IMG/VR virus record: IMGVR_UViG_3300049009_000899
Location: 1-55,314 of that record
Source of the DNA: a virus
Taxonomy: Duplodnaviria; Caudoviricetes
Strand: one strand, 5' to 3'
Length of the DNA: 55,314 nucleotides
In this document: positions 54,728 through 55,314 of the stretch, one piece after another
Position numbering within the stretch: the stretch's first letter is position 1
Layout: each line of letters begins with the position of its first letter
Position numbers and translations under genes: made by a program
The notes under the pieces: generated by a model
Databases searched by the model: none
What the model saw: the letters and a program-made list of their open reading frames with translations, nothing else
What the model was told of the DNA's origin: nothing

Positions 54728-55314
54728 AAAGAAAAAATCCAAAAAAAGAAAAGACGATAGTCATATTCCCGGGAAGGGATCAAGATCCGGAAGAACTCAT
54801 GAGCCTCTATCGAGACAACAAGAGAATAGAACAATCATTCAACTTGATAGTGATGAGTCCAGAAACCGAGTGGTATCCCAAGCCGAACGGACTTCTGAAG
54901 CAGTCCGAAGCCGTGTCCGGCATATGCAGGTCGGTGAAAAACATCAACGAATTCGTGAACAGGCTGTCGTCAGACGAAAACGTCGACCCGCTCAAGACGA
55001 TACTTTCGGGATATTCAGCCGGAGGGGTGATGGCGCTGGAGGTATCCATGTCGAACCGGTTCATGGCTGCCGTGTGCCACAGCGGATGCATCCTAGACGT
55101 TTCGAGAGTCAAGAAAAATCAACACAAGACCCCATGCCTTATGATCCACGCGCGGGACGACAACACGTTCGGCTACGGGGAGAGGTTCATGCCGACCAAA
55201 AACGCCCTTCTCAGTGAAGGTCATTTGATCACCACGATAGAGAAGCAAAATGGCGGTCACTCGATAACCGCGGTAGACGTGGAATACGCGGCTTCATTCC
55301 TTTGCGGTCTGTGA
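54712..55314 (+). CDS. Alpha/beta hydrolase (phospholipase/carboxylesterase-like)
   Basis: GYSAGG nucleophile elbow, HARDD (Asp), GGHSI (His). Confidence 0.85.
   Translation: MFSFLKRKNPKKEKTIVIFPGRDQDPEELMSLYRDNKRIEQSFNLIVMSPETEWYPKPNGLLKQSEAVSGICRSVKNINEFVNRLSSDENVDPLKTILSGYSAGGVMALEVSMSNRFMAAVCHSGCILDVSRVKKNQHKTPCLMIHARDDNTFGYGERFMPTKNALLSEGHLITTIEKQNGGHSITAVDVEYAASFLCGL

Overview
The window is a gene-dense, frequently strand-switching segment of a large T4-like (myovirus-type) dsDNA phage genome read in the standard code. The core head module is recognisable: gp17-like terminase large subunit, gp20-like portal carrying a 231-aa intein, gp21-like prohead protease, gp22-like scaffold and gp23-like major capsid protein. 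A Toprim primase and a Cas4/RecB-like nuclease are also present. The accessory load is unusually rich: (1) a MotA/TolQ/ExbB + ExbD-like + membrane-protein operon; (2) at least seven non-head protease-like genes (two S1, M28, M4/M36, C39-like, a HExxH protein, S8), two of which share an ungapped 25-aa C-terminal tail despite unrelated catalytic folds; (3) MscL-like, McsA-like, ferritin-like and sulfotransferase-like genes; (4) an eight-gene glycosylation/nucleotide-sugar cluster; (5) a phiEco32-like COOH-NH2 ligase; (6) apparently inactivated Dam and LAGLIDADG homologues; (7) three tandem genes sharing an MGA[TS]SxxGxGxGSA N-terminus; (8) many proteins with T4 capsid-targeting-like N-termini; (9) a candidate ~87-nt structured RNA. 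A PVC/Planctomycetota-type host is a tentative inference from gene content only. All family calls come from motif recognition by eye, with no database searches. No tRNA, rRNA or CRISPR array was seen.
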